A DNA stretch of 24,000 nucleotides from Erysipelotrichaceae bacterium (GTDB taxonomy: Bacteria; Bacillota_I; Bacilli_A; Erysipelotrichales; Erysipelotrichaceae). The stretch is taken from assembly GCA_022772735.1 (NCBI GenBank), contig JALEZD010000023.1:99791-123790 (forward strand), given 5' to 3'. The notes beneath the pieces were generated by a model. The model was not told the DNA's origin and did no database searches. It saw nothing but the letters and a program-made list of their open reading frames with translations. Positions 8,172 through 15,713 of the stretch are shown here, piece by piece; the stretch's first letter is position 1, and every line of letters starts with the position of its first letter. Position numbers and translations under genes: made by a program.

Positions 8172-9044
8172 ATGAGTTTTAGTATGCTTAGAAACAAAAT
8201 AAATAACAGTTGGCTAATTTCTATAATCCTTGTTTGTTTATCTAGTTTAGTTCAAACATATGTCCTTCAAACTTTTGTAAAATCTGCTAATCTACTTTCA
8301 TCAGGATTTAGTGGTTTATCAATACTTATACATAGAATATTAGCATTATATCATATAAATTTTCCTATTTCTTTGGGTTTATTGTTATTTAATGTTCCTT
8401 TTGCAATTTTATGTATAAAAAATGTTTCATTTAAATTTGCAGTTATTTCAACAATACAGTTTATGATGACTTCATTTTTACTTTTGGTATGTAATTTTAA
8501 ACCTATATTTGATGATGTGATTTTAAATTGTTTTATTGGTGGATTTGTATATGGACTATCAATTTTAATAGCTTTAGGGGCAAATGGTTCTACTGGTGGA
8601 ACAGACTTTATTGCGATGTATGTGTCAAATAAAATTGGTAAATCTATATGGTCATATGTTTTTTGTTTTAATGCATTTATACTTATTGTTTTTGGATTTA
8701 TTGCTGGATTTGAAAATGCTGGTTATTCTATAATTTTCCAATTTATAAGCACTCAAACAATTGAAAGATTTTATCATAGATTTGATCAAGTAACTTTACA
8801 AATCACTACATATAAACCAAATGAAGTTGCACAAAAATATATAGAAAAGTATAGACATGGAATGACAATAACAAAAAGCTATGGTGCTTACAGTAAAAAA
8901 GAGCTGTTTTTATGTCATAGTGTTGTTTCAAGCTATGAAGTAAGTGATATGATAAAGCTTATTAAAGATGTAGATAATAAAGCTATAATAAATGTTTTTA
9001 AAACCATGAATTTTTATGGTGGTTTTTATAGAGAAAAGATATAG
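8172..9044 (+). CDS. YitT-family membrane protein (with a DUF2179-like C-terminal domain)
   Basis: 290 aa with about 5-6 TM segments and a GGTDFIAM motif. The C-terminal soluble domain reads TITKSYGAYSKKE...VVSSYEVSDMIKLIKDVDNKAIINVF, which is typical of YitT/DUF2179. A GAGGGG RBS is present. Confidence 0.75.
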   Translation: MSFSMLRNKINNSWLISIILVCLSSLVQTYVLQTFVKSANLLSSGFSGLSILIHRILALYHINFPISLGLLLFNVPFAILCIKNVSFKFAVISTIQFMMTSFLLLVCNFKPIFDDVILNCFIGGFVYGLSILIALGANGSTGGTDFIAMYVSNKIGKSIWSYVFCFNAFILIVFGFIAGFENAGYSIIFQFISTQTIERFYHRFDQVTLQITTYKPNEVAQKYIEKYRHGMTITKSYGAYSKKELFLCHSVVSSYEVSDMIKLIKDVDNKAIINVFKTMNFYGGFYREKI

Positions 9045-9065
9045 TTAAATTAAGGAGGAAAAACT

Positions 9066-10025
9066 ATGTGGGCTATAATTGGTACTTGGAGAATGTCTTT
9101 GGAGGCTATAAGTAATGTTTCAAAGAAGTTAAAAAACAATGAAATTGATGCAGGTGGTGCAGTTGTTGAAAGCATTAGTGAAATTGAAGATTTTCCGTAT
9201 TTTAAATCTGTGGGATATGGTGGGTTACCAAATGAAGAAATGGTTGTTGAGCTTGATGCTGGATACATGGATGGTAGAGATTTTTCAATTGGGGCAATAA
9301 TGGCAATTAAAGATTATAAAAATCCAATAAAAATTGCATATGAATTATCTAAAGAATATACAAACTGTGTTTTAGTTGGTGAAGGTGCAGAAAAATATGC
9401 ACATAAAAATGGGTTTGTTAGACAAAATATGTTGAGTGATAGAGCAATAATTCACTATAAAAAAAGAGTAAAAGAAAATCTTGAACAAGAATTAAAACCA
9501 TATATAGGGCATGATACAGTTGGTATTTGTGTTTTGGATAATGATGAAAATATTTGTGTAGGAACTTCTACATCAGGTCTTTTTATGAAAAAAGCTGGAA
9601 GAGTTGGAGATAGTCCAATAATAGGTTCTGGGTTTTATGCTGATTCAAATATCGGTGCATGTAGCGCTACAGGACTTGGAGAAGATTTGATGAAGGGATG
9701 TATATCTTATGAAGTTGTTTCACTAATGGATAAAGGTTTATCACCACAAGAAGCTTGTGAAAAGGCGGTTTATGATTTAAAAAATAAATTGCTTAAAAAA
9801 AGAAAAAAAGTAGGAGATTTATCTATTGTTGCGATTGATAAAAACGGTAATTTTGGTTGTGCTACAAATATTGATAATTTTTCATTTGTTTACGCAAGTG
9901 AAAAACAAGAACCTATTGTTTATTTAGTGAAAAAAGAAGAAAATGGAAAAATGATTTTTGAAAAAGCAAGTCAAGAATGGTTAGACGATTATTTAAAGAC
10001 AAGGATGGCGAAATTAGAACTATGA
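9066..10025 (+). CDS. Glycosylasparaginase-type Ntn hydrolase (N4-(beta-N-acetylglucosaminyl)-L-asparaginase; Asparaginase_2 family), cytoplasmic
   Basis: 319 aa with no signal peptide. It has an N-terminal IGTW motif, SVGYGGLPNEE..VELDAGYMDG, the autoprocessing/nucleophile motif GHDTVG (Thr151, 9516-9518) and GRVGDSPIIGSGFYAD. These resemble aspartylglucosaminidase more than IaaA-type isoaspartyl peptidase, but I could not test this by alignment. A strong AGGAGG RBS is present. Confidence 0.7.
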   Translation: MWAIIGTWRMSLEAISNVSKKLKNNEIDAGGAVVESISEIEDFPYFKSVGYGGLPNEEMVVELDAGYMDGRDFSIGAIMAIKDYKNPIKIAYELSKEYTNCVLVGEGAEKYAHKNGFVRQNMLSDRAIIHYKKRVKENLEQELKPYIGHDTVGICVLDNDENICVGTSTSGLFMKKAGRVGDSPIIGSGFYADSNIGACSATGLGEDLMKGCISYEVVSLMDKGLSPQEACEKAVYDLKNKLLKKRKKVGDLSIVAIDKNGNFGCATNIDNFSFVYASEKQEPIVYLVKKEENGKMIFEKASQEWLDDYLKTRMAKLEL

Positions 10026-10750
10026 ATTATTTAGAAATATGTTGTGGTAGTTATGAAGATGCATTAAATGCATACAAAGGAAACGCAGATAGAATAGAGT
10101 TGAATAGTGCTTTGCATTTAGGAGGTTTAACACCGAGTCTTGCAACATTTAAACTGGCAAAACAGGTTATAAATATTCCAATAATTTGCATGATTAGACC
10201 AAGAGGTGCAGGTTTTAAATATACAAAATATGAAATAGAAACAATGTTTGAAGATGCAAAGATTTTTCTTGAAAATGGTGTAGATGGTTTAGCTTTTGGT
10301 TTTTTAAATGATGATTATAGTATAGATATTGAAAATACAAAAAAAATGGTAGATTTAATTCATTTATATAATAAAGAGGCAGTATTCCATAGAGCATTCG
10401 ACATAAGCAATGATCTTAAAAAAAGTATAGAAACTTTAATTGAATTAAATGTTGATAGAGTTTTAACAAGTGGTGGATATTCTAATGTAACATTAGGTAA
10501 AGATAATTTAAAAAAATTAAGTGAATATCAAAATAAAATTGAGATTTTAATGGGATCAGGCATTAATGAAAATAATGTAAAAGAAATAATAGAATATACA
10601 AATATTAATCAAGTACATAGTAGTGCAAAAACATGGATATTTGATAATACAACTGGGAATGATAAGCTAAATTATAGGTTTGTAGAAGATAATGTATATG
10701 ATATAGTTGATTTAAATAAGGTTATTAAACTAAAGGAGAATATTAAATGA
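10022..10750 (+). CDS. cutC: CutC-family TIM-barrel protein
   Basis: It matches E. coli and human CutC along its full length: LEICCGS..A..GNADRIELNSAL..GGLTPS, MIRPRG, FHRAFD, RVLTSG and VHSSA. The ORF track begins at 9977. I prefer ATG 10022, which overlaps the upstream stop as ATGA (10022-10025). Confidence 0.88.
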   Translation: MNYLEICCGSYEDALNAYKGNADRIELNSALHLGGLTPSLATFKLAKQVINIPIICMIRPRGAGFKYTKYEIETMFEDAKIFLENGVDGLAFGFLNDDYSIDIENTKKMVDLIHLYNKEAVFHRAFDISNDLKKSIETLIELNVDRVLTSGGYSNVTLGKDNLKKLSEYQNKIEILMGSGINENNVKEIIEYTNINQVHSSAKTWIFDNTTGNDKLNYRFVEDNVYDIVDLNKVIKLKENIK

Positions 10751-11829
10751 GAAAATTTGGTGTAAGTATTTATCCAGCACATTCAAACTGGGAAAAAGAT
10801 TATGAGTATTTAAAAAAGGCTTCTAAACTAGGATATTCAAGATTGTTTATGTGTTTACTATCTGAAAAGGATACTTTAGAAAATATTGTAAAAAAATATA
10901 AAAATATTTGTGATAAGGCGCATGAATTAGGTTTTGAAATTTCAGTTGATACTAATTTCAATGTTTTTAAAAGATTAAATGCTAGTGCGTTTGATTTAAG
11001 TGTTTTTAAAGAGATTGGAATTGATATTATAAGATTAGATGGACCATTTACAAATAATGACTATGTTGCGATGACAAACAATCCATTTGGAATAAAAATA
11101 GAATTTAATGGATGTACTTATTTAAATTTAGAGTATCTAATTGAAATTGGTGCAAATAAAAATAATATGGTTGTATGTGCAAATTTCTATCCACAAAGAC
11201 ATACAGCAGTAGATGTTGATTTATATTTAGATTTTTGTAACAGATTTAGAAGTTTAGGAATAAGAAATGCAGCATTTGTATCAAGTAATAATGAAAATAC
11301 TTTTGGTCCATGGGAAGTATATGAAGGATTAGTTACTATTGAAGAATGTAGAGATATGGATATTTGTGATCAAGCAAGACTTTTAGTAGCTTTAGGTGTG
11401 GTTGATGATATATTTATTGGAAATTGCTATGCAAGTGATGATGAACTTGAAAGATTAAGCAAAGTTGATTTAAATACAATTTGTTTGAAAATTGAAGAAA
11501 ATAATATACTAGATGAAGAAAGTAAAATTTTATATAACTCTATACACTTTAGAAGACTTGATTGTGGCAAAACAATGATTAGATCATCATTTACAAGAGA
11601 TAATAGATCATTTTATGTTCCATTTAAAAAATATGAAAATTCTAAGGTTTATTCTGGAAGTGTTACTATAATAAATGATAATTTAAAGCATTATGGAAAT
11701 GAGGTACAAATATTATTAAAAGATATTAATAATGATGATACTAGAAATGTTGTTGGATATTTAAATGAATTTGAAATGAAACTTGTTTCGTTTATTAAAA
11801 TTAATCAAATTTTTAAATTTATAAAATAA
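10747..11829 (+). CDS. DUF871 / MupG-family protein (putative 6-phospho-glycosidase)
   Basis: 360 aa. The N-terminal GVSIYP start, overall size and PTS context are typical of DUF871, whose characterised member is the S. aureus MurNAc-6P-GlcNAc hydrolase MupG. There is an ATGA overlap with the cutC stop (10747-10750) and an AAGGAG RBS. Confidence 0.65.
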   Translation: MRKFGVSIYPAHSNWEKDYEYLKKASKLGYSRLFMCLLSEKDTLENIVKKYKNICDKAHELGFEISVDTNFNVFKRLNASAFDLSVFKEIGIDIIRLDGPFTNNDYVAMTNNPFGIKIEFNGCTYLNLEYLIEIGANKNNMVVCANFYPQRHTAVDVDLYLDFCNRFRSLGIRNAAFVSSNNENTFGPWEVYEGLVTIEECRDMDICDQARLLVALGVVDDIFIGNCYASDDELERLSKVDLNTICLKIEENNILDEESKILYNSIHFRRLDCGKTMIRSSFTRDNRSFYVPFKKYENSKVYSGSVTIINDNLKHYGNEVQILLKDINNDDTRNVVGYLNEFEMKLVSFIKINQIFKFIK

Positions 11830-11842
11830 GGGAGAAACTTAA

Positions 11843-12415
11843 ATGAATGAAAAATCAAGGGGCGGATATTTAGTTAAAAGAGTTTTTGCGTTTGGAATTG
11901 ATTGGTATTTTACAGCAGTTATTGCGAATATTATATCTGTTTTATTTAACGTTTTAATTTTTAAAGAAAGTTTACCGATAAAACCAACTGATCAATCTAA
12001 GATTTTATGGTTTATTCTTGCGTGTTTTATTGCAAGCTTATTCACATACATTTATATACCTTTAAAAAGAAAAAATAATCAAACTATTATGCAAAAAGTA
12101 TTACAACTTGAAGTTGTTTCAATTAATGGTGAAAAATTAAGTATTAAAAATCATTTAATTAGATTTTTTGTTGGATGTCTTATTCTGGAAAGTGCTTTAT
12201 ATATTTTTTCTGCACAATTCACAAGCTATTTTCTTTATTTGATATTCCCATTACAAATTCAAGCATATATTTCATATTTACTTATTATAATTTCAATAGT
12301 TAGTCTAATTTTTGCATTTGTTGATAAAAAAAATACTCAAACATTCCACGATAAAATATCAAATAGCAAAGTGATTGATGTGGGTTTCCTAGATAAAGGA
12401 AAAAAACTTCTATAA
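11843..12415 (+). CDS. RDD-family integral membrane protein
   Basis: 190 aa. It has N-terminal KRVFAFGIDWYF, three TM segments and C-terminal FHDKISNSKVIDV, which fits the RDD-domain pattern. A GGGAG RBS is present. Confidence 0.55.
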   Translation: MNEKSRGGYLVKRVFAFGIDWYFTAVIANIISVLFNVLIFKESLPIKPTDQSKILWFILACFIASLFTYIYIPLKRKNNQTIMQKVLQLEVVSINGEKLSIKNHLIRFFVGCLILESALYIFSAQFTSYFLYLIFPLQIQAYISYLLIIISIVSLIFAFVDKKNTQTFHDKISNSKVIDVGFLDKGKKLL

Positions 12416-12462
12416 AAATATGTGTTAATTATGTGAGAATAGTATCAGAAAGGTGTGATGCT

Positions 12463-12783
12463 ATGAAAAGATTTTATTTATTTTGTAGTGCTGGGATGTC
12501 TACAAGTCTTCTTGCAAGTAGAATGCAAAAAGTAGCTGATGCTCATAATTTGCAAATAGAAATTAAAGCATTCTCAGACAAAGAAATGCCAATGATTGTT
12601 GAACAATACAATCCAGATGTAATCTTATTAGGACCACAAGTTAAACATATATTTGGCAGAGTAAATGAAAAATATGGCGACAAAATACCTGTATTTGTCA
12701 TAGACAGTAAAGATTATGGGGAAGTAAATGGTGAAAGGGTATTAAAAGTTGCTATAAAAGCTTATAAGGAAAGAAAGGGATAG
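12463..12783 (+). CDS. PTS EIIB component, lactose/cellobiose (ChbB/LicB) family
   Basis: MKRFYLFCSAGMSTSLL carries the phospho-Cys motif. The length is about 106 aa. The ORF track starts at GTG 12433. I prefer ATG 12463, preceded by GAAAGGTG. Confidence 0.85.
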   Translation: MKRFYLFCSAGMSTSLLASRMQKVADAHNLQIEIKAFSDKEMPMIVEQYNPDVILLGPQVKHIFGRVNEKYGDKIPVFVIDSKDYGEVNGERVLKVAIKAYKERKG

Positions 12784-12786
12784 AAT

Positions 12787-14133
12787 ATGTTTGAAAAGTT
12801 AGAAAAGTTATTAACTCCTGTTGCGAACTCTTTATCTAAAAATAAAATATTGATTGCAATAAGAGATGGTTTCATGATTACAGTTCCTATTACTATTGTT
12901 GCATCAATATTCCTATTGTTAGCAAATTTCCCTATTGAAGGGTGGTCTACATTTATTGCAGGATTCTTTGGTGAAGGTTGGGAACAACATTTAGCAAGAG
13001 TTACAAGAGTTGGGTTTAATACAATTGCATTATTAGGTGCACTTGGTATTGGATATGCTTACTCACGTGAAGAAGGTATTGATAATAAAATTGCTGGTGG
13101 TGTAGTTGCAATGGTTTGCTTCTTAATCATATCTCCACAAGCTCATCCAACATTTGTTAATGAAGGTGGTTCATCTTTTAGAGGTTTCTCGTTAACACAC
13201 TTAGGAACTGCAGGTATGTTCTTATCAATGCTTACAGCAATAATTTCAGTTAAAATTTTTGGTTGGGCATTAAAGAAAAACTTAGTAATTAAATTACCTG
13301 ATGGAGTTCCTCCAATGGTAATGGATTCATTTGCTTCATTAATTCCTGCAGCATTCGCAATATTGTTCTTCTTTGTTGTGAATATTATTTTCTCAAATAC
13401 AAGTTATGAATATGCTCATAATTTTATTTATCAAGTATTACAAGCGCCTTTAACAGGTTTAGGACAATTAAGTATATTTGAGGTTATTTATCAATTCTTA
13501 TCTACTTTATTCTGGTTCTTCGGAATTAATGGTCCAGCTGTAACAAATACAATTTTTGGACCAATTCATAAAGCATTAACTCTTGAAAATTTAAATAATT
13601 TTGAAGCTGGAAAACCAATGCTTAATATTTTCACAGCTGGTTTCTCTGATTTCTTCTGTAATTTTGGTGGTGGAGGTTCAACACTAGGGTTAGTAATAAT
13701 GATGTCTACAATTGGTAAATCAAGTAGAATTAAAACTTTAGGTAGATTATCTCTTCCAGCTGGTATATTTGGAATTAATGAACCAATTATATTTGGTTTA
13801 CCAGTCGTATTAAATCCTATTATGGCTGTACCATTCATTTTAACACCAGTTGTTAATACAATTCTTGCAACTGTGGCAACTTATATTGGATTCATTCCAA
13901 TCACAAGTGGTATTCAACTTCCTTGGACAATGCCTATTGTTTTCTCAGGATTTTTAGTAACAGGAACAATTAGAGGCGCAATCTTACAAATCTTCTTATT
14001 AGCTGTTAATATGGCAATTTATTATCCATTCTTAAGAATTTTAGATAATAAATATTTAGAAGATGAAAAGAACGCTGTTTCTGAAAAAGATGAAATTGAT
14101 GATTTATCATTTGATGATTTGTCATTAGATTAA
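12787..14133 (+). CDS. PTS EIIC permease, lactose/cellobiose family
   Basis: 448 aa. The N-terminus reads LTPVANSLSKNKILIAIRDGFMITVPITIVASIFLL. It has about 10 TM segments and the typical FGINGP, GGGGST and INEPIIFG motifs. It ends in an unusual acidic tail of about 26 aa. Confidence 0.9.
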   Translation: MFEKLEKLLTPVANSLSKNKILIAIRDGFMITVPITIVASIFLLLANFPIEGWSTFIAGFFGEGWEQHLARVTRVGFNTIALLGALGIGYAYSREEGIDNKIAGGVVAMVCFLIISPQAHPTFVNEGGSSFRGFSLTHLGTAGMFLSMLTAIISVKIFGWALKKNLVIKLPDGVPPMVMDSFASLIPAAFAILFFFVVNIIFSNTSYEYAHNFIYQVLQAPLTGLGQLSIFEVIYQFLSTLFWFFGINGPAVTNTIFGPIHKALTLENLNNFEAGKPMLNIFTAGFSDFFCNFGGGGSTLGLVIMMSTIGKSSRIKTLGRLSLPAGIFGINEPIIFGLPVVLNPIMAVPFILTPVVNTILATVATYIGFIPITSGIQLPWTMPIVFSGFLVTGTIRGAILQIFLLAVNMAIYYPFLRILDNKYLEDEKNAVSEKDEIDDLSFDDLSLD

Positions 14134-14134
14134 T

Positions 14135-14656
14135 ATGAAGATTGTTGTAATTTTTGATCAAGGATTGTCAGGATTAGGCGGAAAGAGTAATCTAGACTTA
14201 CCACTTACAATTCAAAAAGGTAGTGTAGGAACTGGACTTATTTTGAGTCAACATTTAAATAAAGTAAATGCTGAAATAATCGCTACATTATCTTGTGGAG
14301 TAAATACATTTAACAATGATAAAGAAAACACAGTATTAAAGTTATGTGCTATGGTTAAAAAGATAAACCCTGACTTTGTACTTGTTGGTCCATGTTTTGA
14401 TTTTAAAGATTATGCATTAATGAGTGCAATGACTTGTAAATTATTAAAAGAAAAATCAATAGCCAAAGCTGTTAGTATGATGTCTATTGAAAATAAAGCA
14501 GTCATTGATGAATATGCCAAAGAAATTGACATAATTAAAATGCCTAAAAAAGGTGGAACAGGATTAAATGATAGTTTAGCTGATCTTTGTGAATATATTG
14601 AAACATTAAATAATCAAGATAAACTTGATGAGCTAAAGAAAAGAATATGTTATTAA
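14135..14656 (+). CDS. Small protein resembling the N-terminal domain of glycine/sarcosine/betaine reductase component B (GrdB-like, no Sec domain)
   Basis: 173 aa. By my recollection, several segments parallel the GrdB N-terminus. MKIVVIFDQGLSGLGGKSN..KGSVGTG parallels VHYINQFF.GIGGEEKA...G.VGPG. LVGPCFDFKDYALMSAMTCK parallels AGPAFNAGRYG.ACG. MMSIENKAV parallels ENPGV. The ORF ends with TAA and has no in-frame TGA. The family assignment is from memory only. Confidence 0.4.
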   Translation: MKIVVIFDQGLSGLGGKSNLDLPLTIQKGSVGTGLILSQHLNKVNAEIIATLSCGVNTFNNDKENTVLKLCAMVKKINPDFVLVGPCFDFKDYALMSAMTCKLLKEKSIAKAVSMMSIENKAVIDEYAKEIDIIKMPKKGGTGLNDSLADLCEYIETLNNQDKLDELKKRICY

Positions 14657-14679
14657 AGGTTGCTTTAGCAACCTTTTTG
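14656..14679 (+). terminator. Intra-operon terminator-like hairpin (possible attenuator or partial terminator)
   Basis: AAGGTTGC-TTTA-GCAACCTT forms an 8-bp stem (4 G:C pairs) and runs into TTTTT. It starts at the last base of the upstream stop codon. It ends 12 nt before the next ATG, and that gap holds only the RBS GAAAGGAAA. Confidence 0.5.
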
Positions 14680-14690
14680 AAAGGAAAAAT

Positions 14691-15713
14691 ATGAATATTG
14701 ATAGATTAAAAAAATTAGTTGATATTTTTTCTGTATCAAGCTATGAAGATGAATTAAAAAATTTTTTTAAAAAAGAATGTGAAGAAAAAGATTTTATTGA
14801 AGATAAATTAGGTAGCATTTTTTATCTTAAAAAATCAAAAAATCCCCAAGCTAAAAGGGTTATGATTGCATGTAGTAAAGATGAAGTTGGTTTAATGATT
14901 AAAGAGGTTTTTGAAGATGGAACTTGTAGTTTTATAACTCTTGAACCACTTAGCCCTGCAAGTCTTTTACATCAAAGAATAAATATTTTAACAAGAGATA
15001 ATAAAATTATTGAGGGATTTATTTTTTGCAAAAATGTAAAGTTTAATGAAGTTCCTTTAGAAACAATAAAAATTGATGATTTAAGTATTGATACAGGTGA
15101 AACTGATGCAAAAAACTTAATTAAACCTGGAGATATATGTGGATTTAAAAATCAATTTTGTAAAGTAGGCAATAGAGTTATTTCTAAAGGTTTAAATCAA
15201 AAAACTTTTATAGAAGTTATTTTGTGTACTATTGAAAAGTTAAAAGATATTGAATTAGATTTTGAAATTGCATTAGGTATTGTTGCACAATCTACAATTG
15301 GATTTAGAGGAAGTAAAACTGCAAATTATGTTGTTAATCCAGATTTAGCAATCGTCATAAATGGGTTTGAGGTTAATAATTCTAATCCTAAAATAAATTT
15401 AAATGATGGTTTTATTGTTTCTCAATTTGATAAACAAATGTTGCCAAACAGATTGCTTTTAAACGATATAAAATCTAAATATAATTACAAAGAATATTTT
15501 GGAATAATTGGTAATGATGGTTCATTTATTCATAAAACAATGAATGGAGTTAGTTGTGTTAGTGTTGGTATTCCAATAAAAAATATTCATACAAGTGTAG
15601 AAATGATAGATTTGTTGGATGTTAAAAAGTTAGAGGACAACTTGTTTGATTATATAATGACTTTAAATAATGAAAAAATAATCAAACTTGGGGTGAGTGA
15701 ACATGAGTTTTAA
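14691..15713 (+). CDS. M42-family peptidase paralog with degenerate metal and catalytic residues (likely pseudo-peptidase)
   Basis: 340 aa, collinear with the downstream M42 gene. At the conserved positions it has CSKDEVG versus THVDEIG (His to Ser), GLNQK versus AFDNR (Asp to Asn) and AQSTIGFRG versus TQEEVGLRG (Glu-Glu to Ser-Thr). It also has AIVINGF versus AFAIDTT (Asp to Asn). Only the C-terminal His is kept (IKNIHTS versus IRYMHSN). Confidence 0.75.
   Translation: MNIDRLKKLVDIFSVSSYEDELKNFFKKECEEKDFIEDKLGSIFYLKKSKNPQAKRVMIACSKDEVGLMIKEVFEDGTCSFITLEPLSPASLLHQRINILTRDNKIIEGFIFCKNVKFNEVPLETIKIDDLSIDTGETDAKNLIKPGDICGFKNQFCKVGNRVISKGLNQKTFIEVILCTIEKLKDIELDFEIALGIVAQSTIGFRGSKTANYVVNPDLAIVINGFEVNNSNPKINLNDGFIVSQFDKQMLPNRLLLNDIKSKYNYKEYFGIIGNDGSFIHKTMNGVSCVSVGIPIKNIHTSVEMIDLLDVKKLEDNLFDYIMTLNNEKIIKLGVSEHEF

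Noticed and set aside
9977-10021. N-terminal extensions in the ORF track: 2599 (GTG) for purH, 9977 for cutC, 12433 (GTG) for EIIB, 15697 (GTG) for M42 and 21677 for rluB.
   Set aside because: In each case an internal ATG has a well-placed Shine-Dalgarno sequence or an ATGA overlap and coincides with the family's conserved N-terminus. The extensions add non-conserved residues and overlap the upstream gene.
14135-14690. Possibility that the GrdB-like ORF is a selenoprotein, with the 14656-14679 hairpin acting as a SECIS element.
   Set aside because: The ORF ends with TAA, not TGA, and contains no in-frame TGA. The downstream sequence leads straight into the RBS and start of the M42 gene, so there is no Sec-containing C-terminal extension to read through into.
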